Shown here piece by piece: positions 28,301 through 39,251 of a stretch of DNA of 64,000 nt. A program made the translations under genes and the position numbers. Position 1 is the stretch's first letter; each line of letters opens with the position of its first letter. Source of the DNA: an uncultured Clostridia bacterium (GTDB lineage Bacteria; Bacillota; Clostridia; Christensenellales; UBA1242); the NCBI GenBank assembly GCA_944383915.1, contig CALWRJ010000023.1:74274-138273 (forward strand), read 5' to 3'. The notes beneath the pieces were generated by a model. The model ran no database searches and was not told where the DNA came from. It saw only the letters and a list, made by a program, of their open reading frames with translations.

Positions 28301-31300
28301 ATAAGTTCTGTTAATTGTAGCACGCGTTGCGTTAACTTCTCCTGTAGAATTATTTATAGTATAGAAGGAGTTGAGTTCGTTATAGCCAGGTCCACCACCT
28401 GTTTCAAGTTGGACTGTATCCGCTGTAACTGCGGTAAATCTAAACGAAACAATATTTGGTAGATAAGTGTCAAGCATTTGGAACATCGAACTTTCTGCGC
28501 CATAACTATGCACTTCGATGTACGCGCGTTGACTAGCCTCGTCATAGTGAATTTCAAACTTAACAGTCGAGTTGTTATACCAGGTGAAAGTATTGTTTGC
28601 AGTTCCCGTTCCGCTCGAACCACCATCGCTATTTGAATAAGTCGTGTACCCGATATCGAGTAATACGCTCTTATCACTAACAATTAGCGGGTCGGTCGAA
28701 TACAAATCATTTAACCAAATGCGGTAGTAGTAACCAAGATTTGAGTCAGCAATCAAGTATCCGTCAGTCGCACCAAGGCTAGAGTAACCTTCATAGTCGT
28801 TTGAGCCCTCTTCGTTTAGTATTTCAATGTCAACAGGTCCAGGCTCTGTTAGATACGGCATAGCATACTCTATCTTGTGTTGGAAAGTAAAGTATAGTGA
28901 CGGCATTAGTGAATTTAAATCGAGATATTCCAAGATAAAAGATTGATTTGCCTCAACAATACCATTTACAACATCCTCATTAATAGTACCGTCAGCGTTC
29001 ACAGCAAAAGGCACATGCTCGCGCACCCATCTATCGCCTAGTATTATGTCGTCTTGATAAGTTCCGTCAGTAACGGGCGCATTTTGGTTTACCGTATTGT
29101 TATTTACCCAAGTCTTAATCTTACCATAGTAAGTAATCGGTACCCAAACTTTATCTAGGTCTACCCCTTGCACAGTTGTGTTGCGCAAAAGTTCACTTAG
29201 AGTTAATTCGTTTAGGATAATTTCTCTATCTCTAATCGTTCCAACAACGCGGGAGTAGTCCCAAGTGCCAGAGCCGATTTGTCTATCTTTGTAGTCATAC
29301 AAGATATAGAGATTTTGAGTGCTTCCTTGCGAACTTGCGTTGTCCCTAGTACCTATTATCCAGTGTGCAAGATAAGTACCGTCTTGCTCTTGTAAATCAG
29401 TCCAGTTTGGAGTCGTACCAGCGCGTTCGTCTTGCGTATTGTAAATATAGATTTCAAACGCATTGTTGTAGTTGTCTGGTTGAATACTCTCTAGAGTATA
29501 GTAAGCATTGTTTTCAATGTCGGTATTCTCCAAAGGATAATTGCTTTCGCTTGTAATATGAATCATATTGTCGATATTATATGAAGTATGTTTACCAGAC
29601 ATTGCAATGTATGTGTACTCTACCCCAAGAGAAGTATCACTATTTAAGTAGTAAATCGCGTTTAGGTTTTTCTCCTCGTAATTCGGGTTGTCGTAGTCAG
29701 GTTTTGTCGTTGTTAAGTACATATAAACTTTATAAGTAGCGTTTGGTTCCCAATTCCAAGTAGCAATTGTATCGCTTTGGACAAAGCAAGTCCTACCATT
29801 GATTTCAGAAAGGCTTGAGAAGTTTTCTACATACAAGTTTTGTCTATCGATTGACGAATTTCCGTTAGGATTAAAGTATACGCTCTGCATATCGGAGGTA
29901 TAGAAGGCTTCTTGTTCCTCTGGACTTAGACTATTATACAAGATTTCGTCCGCGAACTGCCCGTTTGCGTCTTGTTTAAAGGCAATAAAGGTTGCATTGT
30001 AGACGCATCCGTCATTAACCTCGTATGTGTATCTGTCTGGAGTAAGCGTCCAGCTTATTACGAATTGGTCATTATTTGTGCCAGTGTAAGAAAGTCTGTA
30101 ATCAAGAATTGGAGTAGGAAGCACAACATAGTGGCAAACATCAGTATTAAGCATATACGGGTCGCCCGTTGGACTACTGTCACCGACTTCGTCACCGTTT
30201 AGTATCCAGAAAATGTGATATACGCCCGCGTACGAGTTGGTATCAAACAAATCGTGGATATCCATTATAATTTGCGCACGGCTTGTATCAATCGCGCTAC
30301 CACTCGAGTAGCAACGCAAAATCGTTACATCGGGGTTTTCTGGGTCGGAATAAATTCCGTCAGTGCCAAGAAGGCTATAATCAGGAATATTAAGTGTAAC
30401 TGAATAAGTGTGGTCAATGTCATAGTTTAAGCCATTGTAAAGCCTTGCGATAACTGTAATCGTTTCTGGCAATTTTGGTCTGTCAACTCCATCAACGGAC
30501 TGTGTAATTGTGTTTACATAGATTGAGAGCAATGCTTGTTTGTGCTCGTCAAAACTCCACAATCTCTCGTTACCGTTTACTGGGTTTGGCGCTGCGTCTT
30601 GTGCTTTTGTGGTAAGGTGTTCACCAGAGATTGATGCGTCTTGCGTACTGCTACGCCAAACTTCCCTAACCAACTTTTCACGCGTTACCGTGTAGCCGGT
30701 GTAGTAAGTGCTCGTAGTCGTAAAACTTACTTTTAAGTAGTAGTACCCACCAGCGAGCGAGTCACCACCCGATACCCAGTCACTTGCAGTGATGTATCCG
30801 CGTTCTGCCAAACTATTTAGCGCATTAACTAGGTTAAAGTTGTACTCTGTCATTCCGCGGTAGTAATTTATGTAGTTGTGGTGATTTTCACTTGCAGGTT
30901 GGTCCCAAATAACTTCACCGATGTATGAGCCGTTATTTTTTACTTCGTCATAGTCGGCTCCAGGTGTTGGCTCGGGGTCGCCTACATGCCAATTAAGTTT
31001 TAATAGGCTAACTGTTATATAAATTGAGCCACCGTTGCTTGTAATGTCATCGTAAATTGCCTGGTTTATGTCGTTTTCAAGTGTTACATCAAATTCGCGT
31101 TGGTCGTCCCAACTTACATAAATATTAGGTAATTCGCTCGAACTTGGCAAGTTATTTGTAAGCACTTTTACCCTTTCGCCGTCCAAGTAGTACGATTTAA
31201 TGCTTTCATCGCTCAAGTTTTTCGTTGGGCTGTTTGTGTAGATGTAAACTGCATTTCTGTTACTACCACCAGCAATTAGCATACTGCTAATGTCATACGA

Positions 31301-34300
31301 AGTAGCGCCTTCGACAACAACGCTTTGCTCTACATAATCATTAGGGTCGCTATTCCAAGTGCGCACAACGATTGTAAACGAATTTGTGTTTACTGTAACA
31401 GGAAGCCCTAACTCGTTTTCACCGTAAATTGTGTCTGTATATTCCCAAGTTAAAATTCCGTCACTTGATAAATTAGTGTTTGTCGGTTGCTCTGGGAATG
31501 GCACATTTTGATAAGTATACGGCATCATACCAGTATCAGTTATGTTTACTGCGTCTGTTCCATAACTATTCGGGTTAAAGATGCGCTCCTTAAAGGCAAC
31601 ACCATCTCTATCGTAAACCGTTGCCGAAATCATATATTCGTATGTTCCAGCAAGGTAGTATGTACCATTTCTAGCGTTTTCGTCAATACGGTCGCGGTCG
31701 TTAAAGTACTCTGTCATATCGAAAATTAAGCGGTTTCCAACAAGGTCAAGAGTAAAGCCTTCGCTAGTTCTTTCATTATCTAATGAATAGGTGTAAACGA
31801 CTTCGTTATCTACAATCGACACCTCGATATTTAAGTATGCCGAGTATGGTATTTTGTGGCGAACAGTTTGGTTTTTATTACCAAATGCTTGCGGAAGGTC
31901 GCTCATCGTTACGGTATACAACACATCAATACTATACGGGTGCGTTGGAAGTGTCCAGTATAGGCTTCCGTTTTGCGCGAGTGTGTCGTTTTCAACCGCG
32001 TTTAGAGCGGTAACTTCGGTAACAAGACTATTTAGAGTCGAGTCCCCATTGCGAGCAGGAGCGAAGTCCATAAGTTGCGTTTTAAACTCAAAGGAGCGTG
32101 GAGTCGTAACTACATGGCTATTCAACTCGAACTCACCTTCGGCTAGCGCTTGCACGCTAAAGCGGAACATATGCGGTCCAAGAGTCTTGATATAGTCGTA
32201 AACATCAAGCCCGAGTGGCACGCCGTTATCAAAGTCATCGTCCGTCATATCGATGTCAAAGTAGTTGCCCGTTGTATAAGCGTCACCGTTGTAGTGGTCG
32301 TAGTAAAGTGGAGTTACACGGTAAGTAATACCGCTAACTGCGTTGCTAAACACGATATTTACTCTGTTTACATTTTGGCGAGTTGATGTGTCCGAATAGC
32401 CGATACTTAATGAAGTTTCGTTTAAGCTCGGCGCATCGTTACGCATATAAATGTATTTATCAAAGTCACTTTGTAATACTGTGCCAGCGTCACTTAAAGC
32501 AACTTCCCTACCACTGCTATCAATGTAGAAGTAGTAGTTTTCGTTACCCCAAGGAACGAGCCTAATCGTATTAAGCCCAGCAACTGCCACCACGCTATTT
32601 TGTTGTTGCGAAAGGTTGAGTTTGTTTACCGAGTTCGCAATTGCTTCATAAGTAAGCGCGGTTGCAACATTTTGGATATCACCGACATAGTAAAATTCAC
32701 CAGGGTTAAGCGAATTTGAAAGGTAGACTTTAAAGTATTGTGCATAAGATGCCGAATCATCAGTTATGATTAGATATTTGTCATTAAAACTCAAATTCTG
32801 CTCATAAATTTCGAGGTCCTCATCGGCGCTCGTAACTTCGTGATTTGATACGCTATTAATAAAGGCATCAGGTGCGATTGCAAAAATTTCACTTGTTACT
32901 GCTGTAAGTGCGAATTTATTTACATATTCGTGGCTAACGGGGTCGGAATCGGTGTAGATTCCACTTCCCTTTACCACAACGCTTAACACACCCGCCCCCG
33001 CAATTATACTACGGGTAATGTCCGCGCTCGAACCATCGATATAGTTAAAGTTATAAGTTTGAGTTACCGAGTTATAGGTAAACTTTTCGTTGTCCGCGCC
33101 TTGATTTTGTACGATGTAGTGTACTTCACTATTAGCATCAGTTATATACACATCAAAAAGCGCGTTTGCGGTATAGTTCCAAGTAACGCTTGTTTGGTAA
33201 GTGCCACTTGTAAGCGGAATCGTAGTAACAATTAAGTTTGTAATCGAACTTGCAGGTGTCATACGCGTAAATTGAGCACTTACGCTTCCCGCATTGTCGG
33301 ATACATAAACTTTATTATCGACATCTTCCGCAACTCTTACAACGACATAGTATACCCCAGCATCAAGCCCAGTAGTTAGACTTGAAAGGTCAAGGCTTGT
33401 GTTTGTAGTAACAGTCGTTCTACCGTCTAATACACTACCATTTTCCGTGCTAGAAATGTAGACTTCGTACTGTGTGGCGTACATTACAGGATTCCAAGAT
33501 GCCACATTATCTACAATTACAAGATTTGTCGGCGCATCAGCAATTAAAACTGGTAAAAGGGTTTCGCCCGTGCTTGTTTGCGAGTTGTATGCTAAATAAT
33601 TTTCAGTGTTGTAATTATAGTAAGTTGGTGTTGCAGAAATCGTGTAAGTAACCGTTCTGCCAGTTAATAGCAAGTTTGAAATCAACGAATTTGTGCCTAA
33701 AATGTCGACACTTACGCGATTATCAACGGTTTGAAGGCTCGATAAATCTACAATATAGCCATTAATATTTAGTCCGTATTCAGCACCATTAAACACATCA
33801 CCATTTCTTAAAGTATTTGTCCACGAAAGTGTGTAGGTATTGCTTGCTTTATCAAAAGTAATATCAAAATCGTTAACGCTATTTAAATTTCTAGTGTTTA
33901 CAAAAATACTTAATACCGTTTGACTTGCCGAACCGTCAGGACGGCTTGCTTGCAAACTAAAATGAATTGCGTAAACTGCGTCCGCTGGTAACGTAAATGT
34001 TACTTGACGGTTAGTAGTATTTAAGTTTAGAGAAGTCGGCGCACCGTCAACAAAGGCTGTGCCTTCTAAATGTTGTACAGTGTTATTAGCATCGATAATT
34101 TGAACTGAATAGTTGTAACTTAAATCGTTAAACTGCTCTTCCCCGTTCCAAAGGATAGTAATATTTGTGCCATCTGCAATCATTCGAATATCACTAGGAG
34201 CCGAAATCTCACCAATTACAAAGCGGTATTGCGTTTCACTAGTTGGCGCAAAGTTAAATTCCGTAAGTCCACCGTCAATGTTTGGCTCACAACTAATAGG

Positions 34301-37300
34301 GTCAGTCTCTGCTTTAACTGTGATAGTAAATATCGAGTCTGGGTTTTGCCAAGCAGTTTTAAATGCTTCAAAAACCGCATTATCGGTAAAGTCCGCACTG
34401 CTAAATGTAAAGCCACCTGTTACATTTTGGCGTGTGTAACTATTTGAGTCAGCGCCATTTGAATAACTAATAGTAACCTCATAATTTACCGCACTAATTA
34501 ACTCTGGCAAGTCGCCTAGTGTAAACGACACATTAAAGGTTTCACTAGTTGCTTCATAACTCATACTTATATTTTGAGCCACGATAAATGACTGTCCGTA
34601 GTAGACGATTAATTCGTTACTCCACGCGCTCGCCGCGTACTGTCCATTTTGCGAACTGCGAACGCTTATCCTATAAATTCCGCGCTCGGTAAAGTGTTCC
34701 GTACCGCTTACTAGACAAGTATTAGACGACCAAGCAAGGTTGTAGTAAGTTTGACTGCTTTCAACATTTCCAGTACTATCTAATAACTCCACACGCAAAT
34801 CATATTGAAGGGCATTTGGGTCTAACTCTGTAGCCAAAATTTCTGCGTTATTTGCGTCTAAAATTGTCGCATAGTATGTACTGTCGCCCGTGTTAAATTG
34901 AATAGTAGGCGGAGTAAGTTGTTGTTGATAAGCAAGCATAATTGAGCCAACGAAACTATCGAGCATTACGCTATCCTCTGGCGCAATCGCGGTAACTGAT
35001 ACAAAGTAATTGCCCGTTATCATTTCGTTTAGTCCGTTAAATTTGTCAATCGCAAATTCGTGCGCAGAGATTGTTTCATTAATTATTTCGTTGTCTGTAT
35101 CCAGTGCGCTTGTTACGACAATATGATATCCACTAGGGCTAACACTTCCGCCAGTAGTTTGCGCTACAATTGCTGGCCACGAAATAATTACGCGGTTGTT
35201 TTGGAAGTCCTGTGTTGCGGTTATGCTCGGCGTGTCAAAGCGTTTTTGCCAAATGAACTCATAAATAGTAGCGTCACTGTTTGTGTAAACTTCGGTATTT
35301 CTAGGGTATGCAGTTATTGAGAATGAGTAACTACCTGCAATCGCCGTGCTTAAATAATTTTCGATATTAAAGTACACAAAACCATTTTCGGTCGTGCGCG
35401 CTTCGGCATTATCGAGTCCTAAACTTGAATTTGAAATTGAGTAGTAATCAACTAAACTATTATATAAAATCTGCAAGTGCCACTGATTGTTGCGCTGAAC
35501 AGCAGTCACAACAGGAGATGCAAGTTTATTGCTAAAATGCCAAGTGTGAGTTGCATCGCCACTATTTATGTAATAACTATTTTGTGGAGCAAGGGCGGTA
35601 ATTGTGAAAATGTAATCACCGACAGTACTAAATACATCGGTAGTATTTAGCCTTACGACAGTTTTTAAGTTGCCGTTTGTTTCCTCAATAGTGTACTCAC
35701 TAATGATAGGGTTTTGTACAGGTGCACCGTTTATGCTAACTTGATATCTGTCTACATTTTCGACATAATCCCATTGTAGATACGAGTTATCTAGCGCTTC
35801 TATAAAGTTTGTAGGCGTGCTTAAAGTCTCGCGAATATCAAAGGAGCAAACACCAGATTGCGAAACAAGTGCGCTATTTTCACTCGATACCGCGTAGGCT
35901 TCTAACCTATATCCACCTACCAAAATCTCACTACCCGAGTTAATAAGGTCGTTTTCAACTAAATCGATTACATACTTGCCGTTTTCGTCAAAATCGTTAA
36001 TACTAATGTAGTCTGCATAAGTTACACCAGTCGTACCGTTAAATGACCATTCAACAGCCGAAATATATGGTCTAGCAACTTGTGAAAGCGAGATTGTAAC
36101 TGTTTGCTCTTGATTGTTGTAAACAAGTCCCGGAGTTTCCACAAAGAGCAAGTTAACATAACTCTGCGTAAAATGACAATTTTCAGCGTTAATGTATGGC
36201 TCAAAAGTATTTAAATCAGTGCGTCCCGGGTAAACGGTAATGGTTACATTTGTATATAGTGGAAGGTAAGTAAAGTCGACTTGGTCAACAGCATCACTTT
36301 CCTCTTCACAATTTATAACTAAACTCTTGTCTACCCCATTCCCGCTAAATGTTAGATAGTAAGATGTTACATATCGATAGTCAGGTATTGTAGGAATTGT
36401 GATTTGGATTAACTGACTGTCTGGTACTGCCTCAAACTCAATTGTAGACGAACCAGTCAACACATAGAAGTATGTGTGCGTTGTTTCTACAAATTCACTA
36501 GCAAGATACAACTGCCCAGAGTTTGCAGACCTAACCATAATAGTATTGCCACTACCTAAATGCAAATATTCGCTAATATCGTTTACGCTTGTACCAACGA
36601 CATCCTCGCTATTTACCATTCTGCCGTTAATAATAACTTCGTATGTTCCGCCAGATTGAGTGACTGTGTAGACAGGGTCCCAAGTAAGTCTAACTACATT
36701 TGAGCCACTATCTTGTGTAACAGTAAGATTAGTCGGCGCAGAGTGTGTAAAGTAATTTGTGTAAACATACGGGTCAGACTGTATACTATTTATATAACCA
36801 GCCACTGTGCCCGAAATAATTACTGCCTGCACGGTAATTCGGTATTGTTGAGGCTCGTTAAAGCCGTTTATGTATTGAGTAATACGCGTGCTTTCGCTAA
36901 TAATATTGTTTTCTGGCGCAGTTTCGGGTTGTGCCACATTAAATGCCAAAATATTATTTATTCTAATGTAGTAGTATTCGGCATTTTCAACATAACTCCA
37001 AGACAAAGTGAAGTTATATAAATTCGAGTTTTCCATCGGCTCATAAGTAAGAGTAACATTTGTCGGTGTTGGAAGTCTTACGATATAATTAAATGTCGTC
37101 AACTCGCTTTCAAGAGAGTTTTCATAGTAAATAGAATTACTCGTTGCCATAACTGTTACACCATACGAGCCAGGCTCGAGGTTGTACGAATTCATATAAT
37201 CGGAGATTTGGATACGCTCCTCGTATACGCTTTGAGAAAGGAGCATATTACCTCTTTCTACACTTTCATCTTCATTTATCACAACTTCATAAACTCTAAC

Positions 37301-38779
37301 AATGTATCCACCGCTTGCATCAGCCACTTCGCGCCATTCAAGAGTATAGACACCGTTTCCGTCTATTAATTGAAGTCCTGTCGGTGCATCAAGTTGAGTT
37401 ACCGCACTAAATTCATTTGATAGACTACTATAACTACTATTTAAAATATATTCAAAACTATCATTTAGCGCTTGAATTTCTACTCTAAACGACTTGCCCG
37501 CGTTTTCCAACTCGCTTAACGCGATTGTATAAGTCGTTCTTTGCCAATTTCTAACCGTACTAAACTCGTAGTACGAACTGTTTTCGTCCTCAGGATACAT
37601 ATTAGCGTAAATTACAATGTTGTAGGCGGTCGCAAGATAGTTGTCACTAGAATTGTAAGGGTTTATATCACTAACAGGGTCCCACGAAATTTCAAGATTT
37701 ACACCAACTTTATTTATTACGATACTGCTCGCATCGGGGGCGGATAGCGTGTGCCTTACCGTAAAACTAATTTCCTCGCTTGACTGCGCCGCAATTACAT
37801 TTGGTGTTTCGGGGTTATTTTTAGGAATTGCGGTAATGTATACCGTGTGCGTGCCTAGTGTGTCTGCAATCGGTGTACCATTTACCCTTAAATCATTAAG
37901 GTTTACATTGTATGTTGGTAGCCCTTCTAACTGCTCTGCTGTAACAGTATGAGCAAGATAACTATCAATATACAATTCGTACTCCTCTACCGCAAAATCA
38001 ACATTCCACGAAATAAATTTATCTGTTGTCTGTTCCATAGAACTAGGCAAATTACTTTGGATTACAGGAGTATCAATTGAAGTCGTACGATAAAAGAAGG
38101 TTTCATCACTAAAATCACTACTATATATATAAGCATTAGTAAGGTTTGTTTCAAGATTTAGCGAAGTTGCTTGCACTGAAAGACTAAAGAAGTCGTAGTC
38201 GTCTAGACTCGGGTTGTTTGCAATATATTGAGAGAAATTAAAGTTGTTCGGCTCTAGAGTTATCTCAATATCCTCGTTCGTTGCGCCCGAGATAGAATTT
38301 GTATAACGAATTGCAAGCACATAACTTTGCGCATTTTGGACTTGTCCCCAGTAAAGCGTTCCCCCACTCCAACTTAAATTTGCCGGAGCAGAAAGAGTCG
38401 TAGTGTTAGCACCAGCAACTATATCACTAATACTAGAGTTATAGTCGGGTTGCGAATGAATGGCTTGTACAGAAAATTCGTACACACCATAACTTTGGAT
38501 ATACGATGCAACAGAAACAGTGGTACTAGGAGTCGAGAACGAATAAGCACCATCGTTGCTACTAACATATACCATATACCTTTCTGCATTGGCGACAGGG
38601 TCATACGATAACACCCAGGTTTGTTCGTCAATGTGAAGGTGCGTTGGCGTTTCCAACTTTTGTGGAAGCGAGTTTATCGGGCGTTCGTTCGGCATCAAAA
38701 GGAATATTAAACCAACGATACCCCCAACAATGAGTAACGCAACCAAAACAATTATAACTATTTTTAATGCTTTAGACAT
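25370..38779 (-). CDS. giant membrane-anchored surface protein (4469 aa) made of many FN3-like repeats
   Basis: A single uninterrupted ORF. There is an N-terminal TM segment (IVIIVLVALLIVGGIVGLIFLL). Dozens of ~100-130-aa modules open with xxP(T/S)N(L/V)... then W...V..A..Y.V, for example LSAPANLSWSGGTLYWGQVQNAQSYVL and SAPTNLTVTQDSGSNVVRLTWDPV. No LPXTG motif was seen. Confidence 0.85.
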   Translation of the reverse strand: MSKALKIVIIVLVALLIVGGIVGLIFLLMPNERPINSLPQKLETPTHLHIDEQTWVLSYDPVANAERYMVYVSSNDGAYSFSTPSTTVSVASYIQSYGVYEFSVQAIHSQPDYNSSISDIVAGANTTTLSAPANLSWSGGTLYWGQVQNAQSYVLAIRYTNSISGATNEDIEITLEPNNFNFSQYIANNPSLDDYDFFSLSVQATSLNLETNLTNAYIYSSDFSDETFFYRTTSIDTPVIQSNLPSSMEQTTDKFISWNVDFAVEEYELYIDSYLAHTVTAEQLEGLPTYNVNLNDLRVNGTPIADTLGTHTVYITAIPKNNPETPNVIAAQSSEEISFTVRHTLSAPDASSIVINKVGVNLEISWDPVSDINPYNSSDNYLATAYNIVIYANMYPEDENSSYYEFSTVRNWQRTTYTIALSELENAGKSFRVEIQALNDSFEYILNSSYSSLSNEFSAVTQLDAPTGLQLIDGNGVYTLEWREVADASGGYIVRVYEVVINEDESVERGNMLLSQSVYEERIQISDYMNSYNLEPGSYGVTVMATSNSIYYENSLESELTTFNYIVRLPTPTNVTLTYEPMENSNLYNFTLSWSYVENAEYYYIRINNILAFNVAQPETAPENNIISESTRITQYINGFNEPQQYRITVQAVIISGTVAGYINSIQSDPYVYTNYFTHSAPTNLTVTQDSGSNVVRLTWDPVYTVTQSGGTYEVIINGRMVNSEDVVGTSVNDISEYLHLGSGNTIMVRSANSGQLYLASEFVETTHTYFYVLTGSSTIEFEAVPDSQLIQITIPTIPDYRYVTSYYLTFSGNGVDKSLVINCEEESDAVDQVDFTYLPLYTNVTITVYPGRTDLNTFEPYINAENCHFTQSYVNLLFVETPGLVYNNQEQTVTISLSQVARPYISAVEWSFNGTTGVTYADYISINDFDENGKYVIDLVENDLINSGSEILVGGYRLEAYAVSSENSALVSQSGVCSFDIRETLSTPTNFIEALDNSYLQWDYVENVDRYQVSINGAPVQNPIISEYTIEETNGNLKTVVRLNTTDVFSTVGDYIFTITALAPQNSYYINSGDATHTWHFSNKLASPVVTAVQRNNQWHLQILYNSLVDYYSISNSSLGLDNAEARTTENGFVYFNIENYLSTAIAGSYSFSITAYPRNTEVYTNSDATIYEFIWQKRFDTPSITATQDFQNNRVIISWPAIVAQTTGGSVSPSGYHIVVTSALDTDNEIINETISAHEFAIDKFNGLNEMITGNYFVSVTAIAPEDSVMLDSFVGSIMLAYQQQLTPPTIQFNTGDSTYYATILDANNAEILATELDPNALQYDLRVELLDSTGNVESSQTYYNLAWSSNTCLVSGTEHFTERGIYRISVRSSQNGQYAASAWSNELIVYYGQSFIVAQNISMSYEATSETFNVSFTLGDLPELISAVNYEVTISYSNGADSNSYTRQNVTGGFTFSSADFTDNAVFEAFKTAWQNPDSIFTITVKAETDPISCEPNIDGGLTEFNFAPTSETQYRFVIGEISAPSDIRMIADGTNITILWNGEEQFNDLSYNYSVQIIDANNTVQHLEGTAFVDGAPTSLNLNTTNRQVTFTLPADAVYAIHFSLQASRPDGSASQTVLSIFVNTRNLNSVNDFDITFDKASNTYTLSWTNTLRNGDVFNGAEYGLNINGYIVDLSSLQTVDNRVSVDILGTNSLISNLLLTGRTVTYTISATPTYYNYNTENYLAYNSQTSTGETLLPVLIADAPTNLVIVDNVASWNPVMYATQYEVYISSTENGSVLDGRTTVTTNTSLDLSSLTTGLDAGVYYVVVRVAEDVDNKVYVSDNAGSVSAQFTRMTPASSITNLIVTTIPLTSGTYQTSVTWNYTANALFDVYITDANSEVHYIVQNQGADNEKFTYNSVTQTYNFNYIDGSSADITRSIIAGAGVLSVVVKGSGIYTDSDPVSHEYVNKFALTAVTSEIFAIAPDAFINSVSNHEVTSADEDLEIYEQNLSFNDKYLIITDDSASYAQYFKVYLSNSLNPGEFYYVGDIQNVATALTYEAIANSVNKLNLSQQQNSVVAVAGLNTIRLVPWGNENYYFYIDSSGREVALSDAGTVLQSDFDKYIYMRNDAPSLNETSLSIGYSDTSTRQNVNRVNIVFSNAVSGITYRVTPLYYDHYNGDAYTTGNYFDIDMTDDDFDNGVPLGLDVYDYIKTLGPHMFRFSVQALAEGEFELNSHVVTTPRSFEFKTQLMDFAPARNGDSTLNSLVTEVTALNAVENDTLAQNGSLYWTLPTHPYSIDVLYTVTMSDLPQAFGNKNQTVRHKIPYSAYLNIEVSIVDNEVVYTYSLDNERTSEGFTLDLVGNRLIFDMTEYFNDRDRIDENARNGTYYLAGTYEYMISATVYDRDGVAFKERIFNPNSYGTDAVNITDTGMMPYTYQNVPFPEQPTNTNLSSDGILTWEYTDTIYGENELGLPVTVNTNSFTIVVRTWNSDPNDYVEQSVVVEGATSYDISSMLIAGGSNRNAVYIYTNSPTKNLSDESIKSYYLDGERVKVLTNNLPSSSELPNIYVSWDDQREFDVTLENDINQAIYDDITSNGGSIYITVSLLKLNWHVGDPEPTPGADYDEVKNNGSYIGEVIWDQPASENHHNYINYYRGMTEYNFNLVNALNSLAERGYITASDWVSGGDSLAGGYYYLKVSFTTTSTYYTGYTVTREKLVREVWRSSTQDASISGEHLTTKAQDAAPNPVNGNERLWSFDEHKQALLSIYVNTITQSVDGVDRPKLPETITVIARLYNGLNYDIDHTYSVTLNIPDYSLLGTDGIYSDPENPDVTILRCYSSGSAIDTSRAQIIMDIHDLFDTNSYAGVYHIFWILNGDEVGDSSPTGDPYMLNTDVCHYVVLPTPILDYRLSYTGTNNDQFVISWTLTPDRYTYEVNDGCVYNATFIAFKQDANGQFADEILYNSLSPEEQEAFYTSDMQSVYFNPNGNSSIDRQNLYVENFSSLSEINGRTCFVQSDTIATWNWEPNATYKVYMYLTTTKPDYDNPNYEEKNLNAIYYLNSDTSLGVEYTYIAMSGKHTSYNIDNMIHITSESNYPLENTDIENNAYYTLESIQPDNYNNAFEIYIYNTQDERAGTTPNWTDLQEQDGTYLAHWIIGTRDNASSQGSTQNLYILYDYKDRQIGSGTWDYSRVVGTIRDREIILNELTLSELLRNTTVQGVDLDKVWVPITYYGKIKTWVNNNTVNQNAPVTDGTYQDDIILGDRWVREHVPFAVNADGTINEDVVNGIVEANQSFILEYLDLNSLMPSLYFTFQHKIEYAMPYLTEPGPVDIEILNEEGSNDYEGYSSLGATDGYLIADSNLGYYYRIWLNDLYSTDPLIVSDKSVLLDIGYTTYSNSDGGSSGTGTANNTFTWYNNSTVKFEIHYDEASQRAYIEVHSYGAESSMFQMLDTYLPNIVSFRFTAVTADTVQLETGGGPGYNELNSFYTINNSTGEVNATRATINRTYVSSKRSESLDYLSIQKQYTAPSVHLMFDTMNSDLEQYYNMSSIEVNGTTYDTNLAPNYGNISGYEYSGLATNPYMYTSRKDLEGLGGQEFEYGMLATNANTVYEIRLTYGDKTETFTLNTRDVNATMYTDYTLLQGYNDNIMSGRFAEELASALSSGKDTDTARYDYTNYRDIYLYSVSCLYERIFNLINEDTPLSSGLYHGGLITIDIRTVAPSGSSALNWVSSDWASESNSGTYSFYFYSRLETVQTDFNQNNCTFSTEQYNDEISSFYREQGYYYYYQNYIPLQYRTISRNVNYYVYLTRPDHETYSIDNGIVRSACTLSPNNTNTSNIKNLTDILKIDVGDPYTDSSYYNQWELPANQNDRWLINIIAAVDDSMTYVGRGYNSKDLYYTVTLKLKMDIESLTIDMEPLANTSRGTVAALTSSILQNGYQGEALWKNYSTTQDKTGQPYNMAPNRVTFRYYYPYSQRTISIDEWYTISPSTSASEYYNMLNNFINDYLVDNPEIRASDGFIIYVKFDRVTTDYSNDYVLESDFSNGLILNYYRELPFDTSRIDFSVSGSTIYMEANFSANNQLGTLQVTLDQYNLAGQAKETSATVTVNKATSTYTYTASWTFSSGSADAFASQSYDAATVSRCLYSGYTNYIGNIQGGTNYFTVIPVHDGYDEAHNLLPVYYSYSTDIFFEIPYHPSANIGTPTIVDKGGDGIAAYGDWVWDPSAPDNSKIVQEATTQASWQTITGVKTSYSNMGGASIDAEWTYGFSGAQATEGVEQEIPSNFSSSGSTGSQSGTNLTFSQDVNTLRMTVTVYCKPGFGPAFGGQSSWSDTVNISPGSGIKAFKAGQKVYTGSDNVMNYVSAKVTGGVIYESTTNWINYQSYYDISVSITVSCSELPGSFSFDVRISGGSIRCTDTHSILGDGPSKTASFGSNDSTRSLSSGGSASFSLRYNLRGSTDEVWGGDYDRFDNGSARVAFAGRN

Positions 38780-38930
38780 AAGGATAAATCCCCCATTTAT
38801 CGTTTAGTACATAATCGCTTCGCGATAATTAGTAATTATTTTTACTAATTATTTTTTAAATCTTTCGGGCAAAATTAAAGGTCGCAAAAACAAGTCATTT
38901 CAGGCAAAATCAAAGGTCGCTTATGCTTTT

Positions 38931-39250
38931 AATTAGGAATTGTGAATTAGGAATCTACCACGCAAAGCGTGAATTAGCAATGAGCAATTAGCAATTAGCA
39001 GTTAAGGCTGAGTACTTAATTATTTTTTGTTGCTTTTTGCTTTTTATTTTTTATATGTCCGTTGGTACTTATTCGCTATGCTCGGATTTTGAATTAGGAT
39101 ATTTCAATTTTGAATTAAGGAGTTATTACCTAAAATAATATAATTAGATATACCTTCCTTAACTGCTAATTGCTAATTGCTAACTGCTAATTCTTGCATA
39201 GCAAGTAAGATTACTAATTGCTAATTAATTTTGAATTTCATTCAAAATTC
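38931..39250. repeat. mosaic intergenic repeat block R8 (between the two adjacent giant ORFs)
   Basis: AATTAGG/AATTAGC arrays, a CACGCAAAGCGTG hairpin, the core, GCTAATT arrays, a CTTGCATAGCAAG hairpin, and a terminal AATTTTGAAT-TTC-ATTCAAAATT palindrome. Confidence 0.9.
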
Positions 39251-39251
39251 T

